Assembly (NCBI RefSeq): GCF_006345805.1
Contig: NC_042999.1
Span: 50,530,001 to 50,594,000 of the forward strand
DNA from: Octopus sinensis
Taxonomy: Eukaryota
Reading direction: 5' to 3'
DNA: 64,000 bases
Part shown: piece after piece, positions 36,131-48,144 of the stretch
Position numbering within the stretch: the first letter of the stretch is position 1
Layout: every line of letters begins with the position of its first letter
The notes under the pieces: generated by a model
Databases searched by the model: none
The model's input: the letters and a program-made list of their open reading frames with translations, nothing else
What the model was told of the DNA's origin: nothing
Program-made: the position numbers and the translations under genes

Positions 36131-36942
36131 TATTTGGTGGTTAGTGTATTACTTTTCGAAGTCACTTTCCACAATTTTTTTTTTTCTTTTGATTTCCTTA
36201 TTTGGCAAAAGCGAGGTAACTTGGACTTTAATAGACAACTGAGGCGACCATGCACGCCTGATCTAATTGTGGCTATAAAATTAATTTGATTTAATGTGAT
36301 GTGAAAGTCATTTCATTGGGAACCTTTTTGAAATATGGAAAGCAAATCACCACTTGTACTATATCATAGAAAATGAACATAAAAAGAAACTAGATATAAA
36401 AACCAATCATAAACAGACAGTACAGCTCTCAATCACAAGTGACACATATGAGACTAGGTCAGAAAGTAATGCAATTTTTATTTACGCTACTTTATATACA
36501 TTGTACTTGACTGTATATAAACATCATAATTCTCATCATCTTTGTCATCATTGATTTGACTTCTACTTTTCCATGCTTGCATGGATCAGACAGAATTAAA
36601 TTGAAGGAGATCTTCTATGGTCAGATGCTTTTCCTGCACCAACCCTCACCTATTTCCAAGTAGGGTAGTATTTCCATTTGGCTGGACATGTTTTTCACAG
36701 AAGATTGCAAACAAATAACATAGCTATAGGATACTCATTAAGAATCATCATGTGATGTCAAAACGAATGTATACACACACAAACACTCATACATAAACAC
36801 TCATACACAAACACTCAAACACACACACACACACACATGCACATATATATCATCACTGGGTCATATATCTGAAAAAGAAGTACACTCAAAACCATACATA
36901 TATATCCAAAACCAGACACATATTTAACTTCATGTAAGTACA

Positions 36943-37350
36943 TCTATAATATAAATTGGACATGGGCGATCATTGCATTCTTTCTTGTCTTGAGGTTCAG
37001 AGCCAAATGGCTGGGTGGATTTGTGTGAAAAATGGCACACATATGGAGACAGGTACATAGATTGGAATGCAGTTTGTATTTTTTCCTAACACCCATACTT
37101 AACGAGAAAATCGAATAAAACTTTTCTAATGGAATTTCCCTCTTTCTTCTGCCATTAAAACAACCAGTTGCTTAGAAGCTGTTTTCTGACGGGGTGGGGT
37201 CAGGAAATTTTCATATAGCTGGAGGCTCCAATTGAAACAGGGGATCCGAAATGTTGAGGTTGAGAAACGCTGTTATAGATTATGCCTAACTGAAAATGAT
37301 CACAGCCACATCATCCAAACAGACTGGTTGAAACCGAGCTTAGCTGCTAG
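36943..37350 (+). mobile_element. Non-autonomous Helitron, copy 1
   Basis: a|TCtataatataa ... hairpin-like actggttgaaaccgagc ... CTAG|t; highly similar to 44291-44695 over the full length. Confidence 0.85.
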
Positions 37351-37399
37351 TATATATATATAGGCACAGGTATGGCTGTGTGGGAAGTAGCTTGCTTAG

Positions 37400-37590
37400 T
37401 GAGTAGATGTGAGTAGATGGTCATCTACTCGCAATACCAGAGGGCGCACACTCTCCTACCCTGATGTAATCTCCAGGGATACAAGCATCCAGCAACAGGA
37501 CCTCTGTAATGCAATGATGGACCGTGAAGTCTGGCGTAGCATGGTAAATTCCATTGTCTCGACCACTGTCGAACAATGATGATGATGATG
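37400..37590 (+). mobile_element. RTE-clade 3' fragment (second RTE lineage) inserted in a SINE A head, 11-bp TSD
   Basis: RGRTLSYPDVISRDTSIQQQDLCNAMMDREVWRSMV...* plus (GAT)n; TSD agcttgcttag at 37389-37399 and 37591-37601. Confidence 0.85.
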
Positions 37591-37746
37591 AGCTTGCTTA
37601 GCAACCACATGGTTCTACATCATTAAACCATTATTGTTCCTGAAAAGCTGTTTTTTATACCTTTTATGCATTACTCAAAGCTTGCTAACTTCCTACACCT
37701 TGATCCTTGGATCTTACCTTTACACACACAAATATGTGTATATATA

Positions 37747-38374
37747 TCGCCAGCCTCATCTGGCACCTGTGTCGGTGGCACATAAAAACACCATCCGAAG
37801 ACCCGGCAAGACTAGTCAGGCCATAACCCGTGGCCCCTACCTGGGACGTAGTCAGTTCACCTGTGCATACCTTCCTTCTTGTGACACTTGTGAAGACCTG
37901 TTGAGGCAAGTGAAAATCAAATCAAATCAAATCAAAACAAATCAAAATAGATGAACATCAATGGAATTTGTATCTTTGTGGTACCAGTGCCGGTGGCACA
38001 CAAGAAAACCATCCGAACGTGGCCGTAGCCAGTACCGCATCGACTGACCTCCGTGCTGTGGGCACGTAACAAACACCATCTGATCGTGGCCGTTCGCCAG
38101 TCTCATCTGGCACCTGTGTCGGTGGCACATAAAAACACCATCCGAGCGTGGCCGTCTGCCAGCCTCGTCTGGCATCTGTGTCGGTGGCACATAAAATCAC
38201 CCACTACACTCTCAGAGTGGTTGGCGTTAGGAAGGGCATCTAGCTGTAGAAACACTGCCAGATCTGACTGGCCTGGTGCAGCCTTCGGGCTCCCCAGACC
38301 CCAGTTGAACCGTCCAACCCATGCTAGCATGGAAAGCGGACGTTAAATGATGATGATGATGATGATGATGATGA
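37747..38374 (+). mobile_element. RTE 3'UTR element, same subfamily as the 61387-63779 array
   Basis: About 1.3 array units plus the conserved tail and (GAT)n, inserted in the microsatellite of a reverse SINE A remnant. Confidence 0.88.
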
Positions 38375-39481
38375 TATGATAGGCTTTTTTTCACTTTTCA
38401 TCTATCAAATCCACTTACCAGGGCTATAATAAAAGACACTTGCAGATGGTGCTGTAGAGTGAGACTGCACCTAAAACCACACCAATTCAAAATTTTATGT
38501 TAGATCTTAGTGTGGTGTTACAATAGAAACATGTAACCTAATTTCTATTAAGCATTAAAGGCTGCTGCTGATAAAGAACAGAACAGCATAATTTTAAATA
38601 CCATACTTTATTAGCCTTTGACACTTTTCCCATTTATTATCATGCCACAAAGAATTTCACAAGAATTTCACAAAAACTTTCAATAGAATATTGGACAGAG
38701 GACAAGCAATGGAGAAGTGACCAGTTTAAACCTAGTACTTTTTATTTATTTATTTCTTCTTCTTCTTCTTAAAATTTTTTTTTTCTTTTTTTTTCTGATA
38801 ATTTCAGTCTTTGAAATGTAAACATTTCAAAGGCTTTAGAAAGTAAATTACCCTTTTGTAATATTCTTGTTCATCTTTAAAAAAATAGTGTTTGAAAAAT
38901 TTAAAAACGTAAGAAAGACTAAAAGACCTCCAATTCCAGCAGGCATTAAATTAACTCTTTCCTACCCATTTTACTCAATAATAATTATGGCATCAAACGA
39001 TAATTATTTTTTAAAAATAATTCCATTCTATTCAATCATCAAATGTTTAATTATATTTTACCTTAATGAGACAAAACTATTCAGGAATTTTCTTGTAATT
39101 CAAATAATGTTTTTTACTTCTATAATTATATATCATATCCTGTTTATTTAGAAGTCTGCATTGCTCTGAACTATATTAAGTGTTTCATTTTAAATTAATC
39201 TGACTGTTCTGTTATTTTTTAGAGATTATTGATATTTAATAGTGAACAGTTTTTAACATATTTAAATATGTTGGTTTATTTAGCAATATATTGAGCTACT
39301 AAAGAATTTCATCTTCGCCCGCAAAGAAAATCACCTCAGTTAAGTGATTCAGTATATTTTCTACATAATTGAAATGAAGCAAGAATTTTCACTCTACATA
39401 GTCACTCAGTCTGCTAGATATAACAACCAAATTTTCCATAACTTATAAGTTCTGGCATATTTGAACAAAAGATCATAAGTA

Positions 39482-40031
39482 TTGGGATGTCCGGAAAGTT
39501 CGCACTGATTTTTAAAGGAAAGAAAAAGGTCAATAAATACTTGCCATTACATTTTTAATCAACCAAATATCAACCATTTTGTTGCACAATGTATCTCCAT
39601 CTTTCCTTTAACTTGAAAATACCCTCTTCCCAAAATTGTGATGATTTCATGGCAAAGAATTCATCAAGGTATCCTTTTACATCATCCAAGGAATTGAAAT
39701 TTTTACCATTAAGACTATTCTACAGAGACCTGAATTAGTGAAAATCCAAAGGAGCAATATCTGGTGAATATGGAGGGTGGGGTAACACATCCCAGCCGAG
39801 CTGCAGCAATTTTTGTCTGGTTCCCAAAGCATCAAGTCCCGAAAAGGAACTTTCTTATCTTCCATTTTAACACAGGTTATAGGAACATAAACCTTCTTCC
39901 GCGAAAAGATAGCTCAAACTGTGCTCTAAATGGAGGTGTAGTCAAATCCTATTTTATGGACTCAATCCTGTTCTAAAATAAGTTGAAAGGTAAGCTACTA
40001 TAAATTGGCACGAACTTTCCAGACAACCCAA
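39482..40031 (-). mobile_element. Internally deleted mariner element with both TIRs and TA TSD
   Basis: 30-bp TIRs ttgggatgtccggaaagttcgcactgattt and aaattggcacgaactttccagacaacccaa, flanked by TA. The minus strand encodes LLQLGWDVL..PPYSPDIAPLDFH*FRSL..LNGKNF...WEEGIFKLKERW (YSPDLAP motif). Confidence 0.92.
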
Positions 40032-40702
40032 TATATTAAATGTAGGCTGACGGATAAAAAATGAGGACATAACTAAGATGCTTTCAATGTAATTATAATG
40101 CTAATATATTTATGGAAAGTAAACAACTATAAATACACCTTATTTTGCATGCAAAAATAAATTAAAACATAAATAAATAAATTAAATGTGATTAATCTGA
40201 CATCTTTCATGACTGGTTGACACCCCTCACTCTTTTTTTCTATAGATAGGACCTTGTAGCAATCATTATCTAAATCAGACATAGTCTAGGATCAAGATGA
40301 AATGGCTTAATAGACTATTTAATAAAAACAGAGTTGAAACAAATCAACTAGCAGGCTATGGAGTAATAGCAGCCAAATTACTCTCAAATTACATTCTACT
40401 ACATTAAAAAAGAAATGAAATACAAACGGTAAAAAAGGATGGTATGATCAGAGCTGGAATACTTCTGTTCATTGGTCACTTCAGTCAAGGCTAACTGGAG
40501 TGTAAACCAGCAGTTCTTAACCTGAGGGTTGGGAATCCTGGGGAGAGGGTTTCTTGGGGTGTCAAGGAGAGTTTGAAAGAAAATAATTTTTTTCATGTAT
40601 TTGAAGAATTGCACGGCAGCATTCAAGTGTAAGATTCAACTTTGCCAGAAAAGAGTTCAGTATGGTGACACTTTCTTCCTTCAGATGAAAACTATCCTGG
40701 AT

Positions 40703-40960
40703 TCTCTTTTTACTCTTTTACTTGTTTCAGTCATTTGACTGCAGCCATGCTGGAGCACCACCTTTAGTCGAGCAAATCGACCCCAGGATTTATTCTTTGT
40801 AAGCCTAGTACTTATTCTGTCAGTCTCTTTTGCTGAACTGCTAAGTTACGGGGACGTAAACACACCAGCATCGGTTGTCAAGCAATGTTGGGGGAACACA
40901 TACACACACACACACATATATATATATATGTATACGATGGGCTTCTTTCAGTTTCCGTCT
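40703..40960 (-). mobile_element. SINE family A, 5'-truncated
   Basis: Reverse tail and body. Confidence 0.85.
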
Positions 40961-41209
40961 TATGTACTTATGGCTGCAAAACAATAACAATCCTCCCACT
41001 GAATGAATAAGTAGTTTTTGTATGATGTTCAATAGTTTCATGCGTTTTTCAAGGTCTTTTATTTGTAACATTTTCAATAAATTAGGATCTTCATATAGTT
41101 TTGTTTTATCTTAGTTAATCCAAACATGAACAAAGAGAAAACACAACAATGCGAGGACGTGGAACAAGTTTAGTGTTACTGGACACTCAGGAAAGGAAAG
41201 AAAGAAGGA

Positions 41210-41246
41210 GGATTTAATGTTTCAAGTGGAGCTCTTTGTCAGAAAC
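41210..41246 (-). ncRNA. CpG-decayed minimal hammerhead motif in a probable PLE 3' remnant (41125-41330)
   Basis: The minus strand reads guuu CUGACaA a gagc-ucc-acuu GAAAC auu aaau; mostly CpG-type transitions separate it from CUGACGA-AGAGC-UCC-GCUC-GAAACGUU-AAAC. Confidence 0.5.
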
Positions 41247-41354
41247 ATAGAAAAAGGAAAGGTCCAAGGAAGGAAAGACAGAGAAAGAAAATCACCAAAT
41301 ATACACACGCAGTCACATATTGAAAATGTTTGCTTTATCTTACCTTTATGCAAG

Positions 41355-41570
41355 GTTCACCATTACTAAATTTATTTTAGGGGTCATTATTACAAAATTT
41401 TTTAAGGGATCACCATTACAAAATTTATTATAGGAGTCACCATTACAAAATTTATTATAAGGGTCATCATTACAAATTTATTATAGGGGTCATCATTACA
41501 AAATTTATTATAAGGGTCATCATTACAAATTTATTATAAGGGGCATCATTACAAAATTTATTATAAGGGA
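41355..41570. repeat. ~28-bp minisatellite, about 8 copies
   Basis: Unit gggtcatcattacaaaatttattataa. Confidence 0.9.
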
Positions 41571-42418
41571 CAAAGTAATACCCTGGAGAGTCTCAGGGGG
41601 TAAAACAATGGAAAAGGTTAAGAACCACTGGTCTAAACAATAAATACAGCATAGCTGAAAGTAGCCAACTAGCAGACCAAGTAGAAATAGCAGCAAAATT
41701 TCCCTAAAAAAAAACATCCTAGTACATATTGGATATAGAAGTCTTAGATATACTACGTAGGGAAAAAAAACAAAAGATGGCATAATGAAGGCAGGAAGGT
41801 TTTTGATTAGTGAGTTGCTCAGTTGAGGCTCACTTAGGGCTAAAGAATAATAGTAACCACCACTGCTATGTAATAATCTAACAGATCCTAGCTGTCTTTG
41901 ACTTCTCATAGAGATTCATCTCAACATCTCAAGCTAAACAACCTACTACTTGCCAGTAAACCCTTTCCTTTTTTCTCAAGTGACCTTCTCCATTCCACTT
42001 CATATTAACAAATTGAAAGAATTAGAAAAGTTGTAATGTTTAAATGCAAGAATGAGCAGAAAACTTGAAGAGTTGGTTACAGTGCAAGATCATAAGAAAA
42101 TTTATGTGAGTTGTGTGCAAGAAATTATATACAAAATATTTATTGGCAAGACTGATCACAGGGGTCTTTGTTGTTTATTTTTCCTCACCAAAGAAAATTA
42201 ACAATATTGTGATGTATGATATATCCTAAGCAGAATAGTAGATAAAACATGTTATTGACATAGATTGATTGTGTAGCTGGAAATATGACAGTGCTTTTGT
42301 TGTCATTGTTATTGCTGTTGTATTTTATAGCCTTAGATCAGCCCTGATTGAGAAGATCTATAACTAAAGGCACACCAGCCATGACCATCCAGTCTTTTAT
42401 ATATTCAGGACTATATTA

Positions 42419-42651
42419 AAGGCGGCGAGCTGGCAGAAATGTTAGCACACCGGGCGAAATACTTAGTGGTATTTCGTCTGCTGTTACATTCTGAGTTCAA
42501 ATTCCGCCGAGGTCGACTTTGCCTTTCATCCTTTCAGGGTCGATAAATTAAGTACCAGTTACACATTGGGGTGGGTGTAATCGACTTAATCCCTTTGTCT
42601 GTCCTTTTTTGTCCCCTCTATGTTAGGCTCTTTGTGGGTAGTAAAGAAATA
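42419..42651 (+). mobile_element. SINE family B, young full-length copy
   Basis: ggcggcgagctggcagaaatgttagc...gagttcaaattccgccgaggtcgac; CpG-rich. Confidence 0.9.
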
Positions 42652-42763
42652 ATATCCAGGACTATATTGTCCTGTTTTAAAACAAGAGGGTGGGATTTGA
42701 AAACAGTCTGGTTGTTATTTCTAGCAGGTTAAGTAACCATACAGAGACTCCCTAACTGCATCA

Positions 42764-43145
42764 TTATCTATGCCTTAGCAATGGCGGTGGTATTGTTTTT
42801 AGTCATGTTTGTTTGTTTGTTCGTTTGTTTATCTGTGGATAAGATATCTCAAGAACTGCTGGATGAATTTGGATGAAACTTTCAGGGATATTTCGCCTCA
42901 TGACTAGCACAAACTGATTAGATTTTGAAATCAATTTGGTATCAGACAAGGATTGTGGATTATTTTTTCTGTTTTTTTTTTTTACTTAATTTTTGAGAGT
43001 GGTCAGGTTCATCTTTAGTGTTCTTGTTTGTGAGAGCAGTCGAGTTTATTTCAGATATTTACATTTTAAAAATTATCTCTGGCTAATCGTTGAGAAGACG
43101 TTGGTGTTGCCTTGGCAGAGGTTTGTGCTCTCCGAGTACTCTTGT
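42764..43145 (+). mobile_element. Helentron-associated (DINE-1/HINE-like) non-autonomous element
   Basis: Subterminal inverted repeat remnant near the 5' end, a (GTTT)n microsatellite, and 3' ccttggcagagg plus the hairpin gtgctctccgagtac, followed by ttgtt. Confidence 0.65.
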
Positions 43146-44290
43146 TTCAACTATTTCTTGTTGTTTAAGCTTGAACCAGTTCTAATTATGCACACTGATA
43201 CTGAAAGGTATTCCAGTCAGAACCATTCCTTTATTCTTACATTTTTAAAACTTTTTAATACAGTGGATACATTATTAAAACTAACCTTCTTTTTAAGATA
43301 GAAAGGTTAATTTAAAGGCAAATTGGTGACAAATTCTAGCAGAACAATCAACAGCATAGATGATCCACAAATGCTCCATGAGTAGGAATGAGAAAGAAAA
43401 GAATAAGATTTATTGCAACAAAGCCAGAACTAAGGGACTTAACATAAGGAATCATCAAACAACTAATTAGAAACGGGGAAGGGGGCGACATTAGCTCAGT
43501 GACTAATATATTATTTTATTTTGACAAGTAAAAATAGATAACTCTACAGATGTTTCTATCTTATTAGATTTCTTTAGCAAAGCATATATTTCACCATACT
43601 TTCAGTGAGACAATCACAATGCTACATAAGTATGTTTCGATCCAAATTTTAGAATAGGTACACTGCATACCTGCATGTTATAAGCAGTAACTAAGTGGTG
43701 ATAACAAAAAGGATATCTGAACGTAAAGTGTTGTTTGAATAAGAATCTTGTAATAGCTGATATCAAATTACTGATGGTTATTATGCTAATGTTCAATTGT
43801 GATTTACCCAGAAGAAACCATAAAACCAACACTGAAAATTAATGCTTCCCTAAGGGATGAAAATACAATTTATCTACTTAACTAGATTATGCTACACTTT
43901 TATTTATTTTATGAATCTTTATGTAATAAAAGAGGAAGTTCACCCCAATCAAATCTAAAAGCATAGCTATAAAATTCTGAACACAACACATCACATCATT
44001 GTTTTATGTCATTTCTCATATTTATATAAGCTAGTTCGGCCTGTCTCAGCATCTTATCACTTGTCACTGTCAGTTAGTAAACACATCATCATCAGATATA
44101 CACAACAACAGAGAAAGCCATTAATTTCTATCCAATCTCTATTGTTGTGTATGTCGAAAAATTTTGGCCTGATTTTAATGGTTAAATGTGCTTGCTGTCT
44201 ACAAAATCTTGGGTTGTGTACATTTTATCATGTCACCTGCAGTGGTTGACTACACTATAATATCTTTTAGCTTGTCATCATCCTTCATCA

Positions 44291-44695
44291 TCTATAATAT
44301 AATTTGGACATGGGTGACTGTTGTATTCTTTCTTGTCTTGAGGTTCACAGCCAAACAGCGGGGTGAATTCACGTGAAAAATGGCACACATGTGGAGACAG
44401 ATGCATAGATTGGAATACAGCTTGTATTTTTTTCTTAACCCCCATACTGAGAAAATCGATTAAAAATTTTCTAATGGAAATTCCCTCTTTCTTCTGCCAT
44501 TAAAACAACCAGTTGTTTAGAAGCTGTTTTCTGATGGGGTGGGGTCAGGAAATTTTCATATAGCTGGAGGCTCCAATCGAAACAGGGGACCCGAAATGAT
44601 AAGGTTGATAAACGCTGTTATAGATTATGCCTAACTGAAAACAATCACAGCCACATCATCCAAATAGACCGGGTGAAACCGGGCTTAGCTGCTAG
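44291..44695 (+). mobile_element. Non-autonomous Helitron, copy 2
   Basis: a|TCtataatataa ... gaccgggtgaaaccgggc hairpin ... CTAG|t. Confidence 0.85.
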
Positions 44696-46862
44696 TCTCA
44701 TATATACAGGACTACAGAGAGAACAACTAACCTTTATCAACATTTATGCCAGATTTTTTTTGGCACGTATAATGCAATCAGCCCTCCCTCACATTCTTAA
44801 CTCCATGCCTCCCGAGATAGGTGCAGTTTATTATGCCACACTGGCAACGGTTCACTCCAGCATAGTACCTTTCTACATGTTACTGTCATCATTTCATAAA
44901 TTCATGACAGCAGAGAGAACTGCCATCATGCATGTTATGTTTAATAAAATAATAAGTCTACATTATGGTAAAAAGGACAAAAACAGGGTAACATTTTTGC
45001 TGAGATATTGTTCTAAATAAGACTCAGGTTTATAAAAAATATAGTAGATTGAAATTACATTAAACCCAGTCAGGATGGACCCTGCTTTTGGGTGGTAGAC
45101 TTAATCCACTGTCTCAGTTAACATCACCACCTAGCCCAATAGTGTCTTTAATAGAGATCACACTGTTGCAAGTATATGAACCAGCTCTCGTGTTTACAGA
45201 TTAAGCTTCTTTCAGGAAGAGTTCCACCAGATACTGAGGGTAAATAAACTACTTATTTGTCAGCATAATTCATTGCTGAGAATTTGATGATAAAATAATT
45301 TTATATGAGGTAGTAAGAAGACAAATCTTCTACATGAAGACAAAACTAAATTCATGAAAATAATTTTTTAAACATTAGAACTATCATGACTTCAGAAATA
45401 GCAATGAACCAAATTAAATGTTCATCACTGTTTGACCTTGGCTCTCTACATAATTAGATCCATTCCTGATGAATGTCACCTTTACCATTCATTCTTCTGA
45501 GCTCCATCAATTAAGTTCTAATCATACTGGAATCAATCTGCTCATTGTGACAATGTGAGAAATCATGATTAATATTATATTCACATTTAAAATGTTTTCA
45601 TTTTTAAACTGTTTCCTATGAGGTTTTTTACAAGCTTACCTAGGAGAGTATTTCCTAAAACTGATCTAGCTGAATTGCCTTCTTAATCTAACAAGTTAAC
45701 TGTAAATACAGTGTAGAAGTATATATTTTCAACAAGATATATCAATTTGTTTTACCAACACAATCCTATCGTGCATCTGCTACTCAGATAAAATTTGACA
45801 ATGGATGGTTAAATAAATAAAACTACTTGAAGAATCATCTACTCCAATATTTGGTGTTCTAGTTTCAAATAATTTTTCATGATAGTCATATTTTCAACAT
45901 GCTATAAGCATCTCTAAGGAAATCAACTTTTTCATAGAAATGTTAGCAAAATTAGTTTACTGTCCAACAGTGTACCCCATGAGTTTGATTCCAGTCGACA
46001 TTAAGATGAGGTCTATTCTTAGATATAAACATTCGTCAAGGTTTGTAACTTTAAAAAAAAATCACCAGTGAAAAAGAACTGGAAAAAAAACCACTCTTTG
46101 CTAAAGGAAGTGGTTCTTGTCCAAGAAGAAAATTTCAATTAATTGAGAATACTTGTATACTTCATTCAGTACACCAACTTGTATTTATTAATGTAAAGTT
46201 GACAGAAAACTGTCTAATGGAAGCAAGCAATATACAGTAAACCAAACAGGCTAAAACAGCTATGATGATGATGATGATGATGATGATGATAATGATAACA
46301 ATGACAAGGATGATGACAAAGATGAAGATAAGTATATCATGTCGTTTATCTGAACTAGTTGAAGCTATTTTTTATTTCTTATTTTTCTTATTGGCTACTG
46401 CCTGTCCACCAATTTCTGAAGCATAAAAAGCCATCACAAAATTTATCACTTCTTTTCAAAAAAATTATCTATTAGATATTAGACATGATTTTACTACCAG
46501 AAGATGATTCCTTATTTGAAAATTTATTGCTAAACCAAATTTATAGTGGTAAATCTCACCATCACCATTATGTTGTTTCAGTGTATGCATTTCAATGACT
46601 ACTTTTTTTGATATCATATATTTTCCTGTTTTGATCCTATGTCATCTCATCTATGAAACCTTACCTTCACAAATCTGATTTAATATATGTTGCAACCATA
46701 ATTGCTTTCTACTAATAACTAACAAATCTACCAAAAACAAAAGAGACTCTACAAATTTCTTCACAAGCACAACTGCCATCTTCATACACCTCAATACATT
46801 CCTTTTTTGTACCTTGGATTTATCAGCTATTCACACTGCTTTACCCTGCATATATAGATATA

Positions 46863-47258
46863 TCATCATCATCATCGTTTAACGTCTGTTTTCCATGATA
46901 GCATGGGTTGGACGGTTCAACTGGGGTATGGGAAGCCAAGAGGCTGCACCAGACTCCAGTCTGATCTGGCAATGTTTCTACAGCTGGATACCCTTCCTAA
47001 TGCCAACCACTCCATGAGAGTAGTGGGTGCTTTTTATGTGCCACCGGCACAGGTCCTAGGGGAGGCTGGCAACGGCCATGATCGGTTGGTGCTTTTTATG
47101 TGCCACCATATATACATCATCATCATCATCGTCGTCGGATAACATCTGCTTTCCATACTGGCATGGGTTGGACAGTTTGACTGAGGACTGGTGAGTCAGA
47201 AGGCTGCAACAGGCTCAATTTTATCTGGCAAAGTTTCTACAGCTGGATGCCCTTCCTA
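46863..47258 (-). mobile_element. Two tandem RTE 3' tail fragments in a TA-rich site
   Basis: (CAT)n tails at 46863 and 47116; each copy ends in atata. Confidence 0.85.
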
Positions 47259-48091
47259 TATATATAGGGAACCTCTGTTAGTCAAGATTGACCACATATA
47301 TGCACTCATAAACACAGGCCTGGGTAAGGGATTTTTTTTTTGTTTTTTTTTGTTTTTTTGAGGAATACTTCCAGTTGCCCAGTAGCCATGCATGCAAGTC
47401 TTCCCACTTCATGCCACTAACGTTGTCCATAAGAAAGCCCACCACTTTCATGTCAAAATAGCTACCACAGCAGATTTGTCACAGGCATTGCTGTCAGAAA
47501 GCAAATGACCACAAAATATTATGTCTGGCACTCTAGCAGATTTGCTAGTCTCCTGCCATAGATTAATCTTTATTTTGGGGGGGTCCCAAAAGTTGACCCC
47601 AACAGGATTTGAATATATGAACACTGAGAGTCAAACAACAAAAATCATGTGGTATTTTATCCAAAACTCTAACAAGACTCTACTGATTTGTTGCATACAC
47701 ACACACACATAGCCAGCTGTTTCCTCTTGAAGCACATCTGGTTATTCCATTATTACAATCAATATGTATCCACAGTTGCTGCTGTATGTCAGTCAAAATA
47801 CATATTAAAATTGAGAATTATGAAAATAATATTTGCATAGTTATTGTATAACAAAACAGTAAAGTCGAAATTTTTTAGTATCATTTAGTCTCCATTACAT
47901 GTGCTTCATTTGCTAATTTTTCTCTCTGATGAAATGTCTATCTAACAAGTAAATCTTTGTAATTCCTATTAGCAAATGAAACATCTGTATTGGAGAATAA
48001 ATAATACCCCAAAATATCCACTTTCCTATTCTGTCATATATATATATATATTATGCATACACACAGACACACACATATATACACTCACACA

Positions 48092-48144
<53 letters not shown>

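Larger units (their letters stand above)
40508..41630. mobile_element. hAT (Charlie-like) non-autonomous element carrying nested insertions
   Basis: TIRs cagcagttcttaacct and aggttaagaaccactg (14/16 match); 8-bp TSD gtgtaaac (40500-40507) and gtctaaac (41631-41638). Confidence 0.7.
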
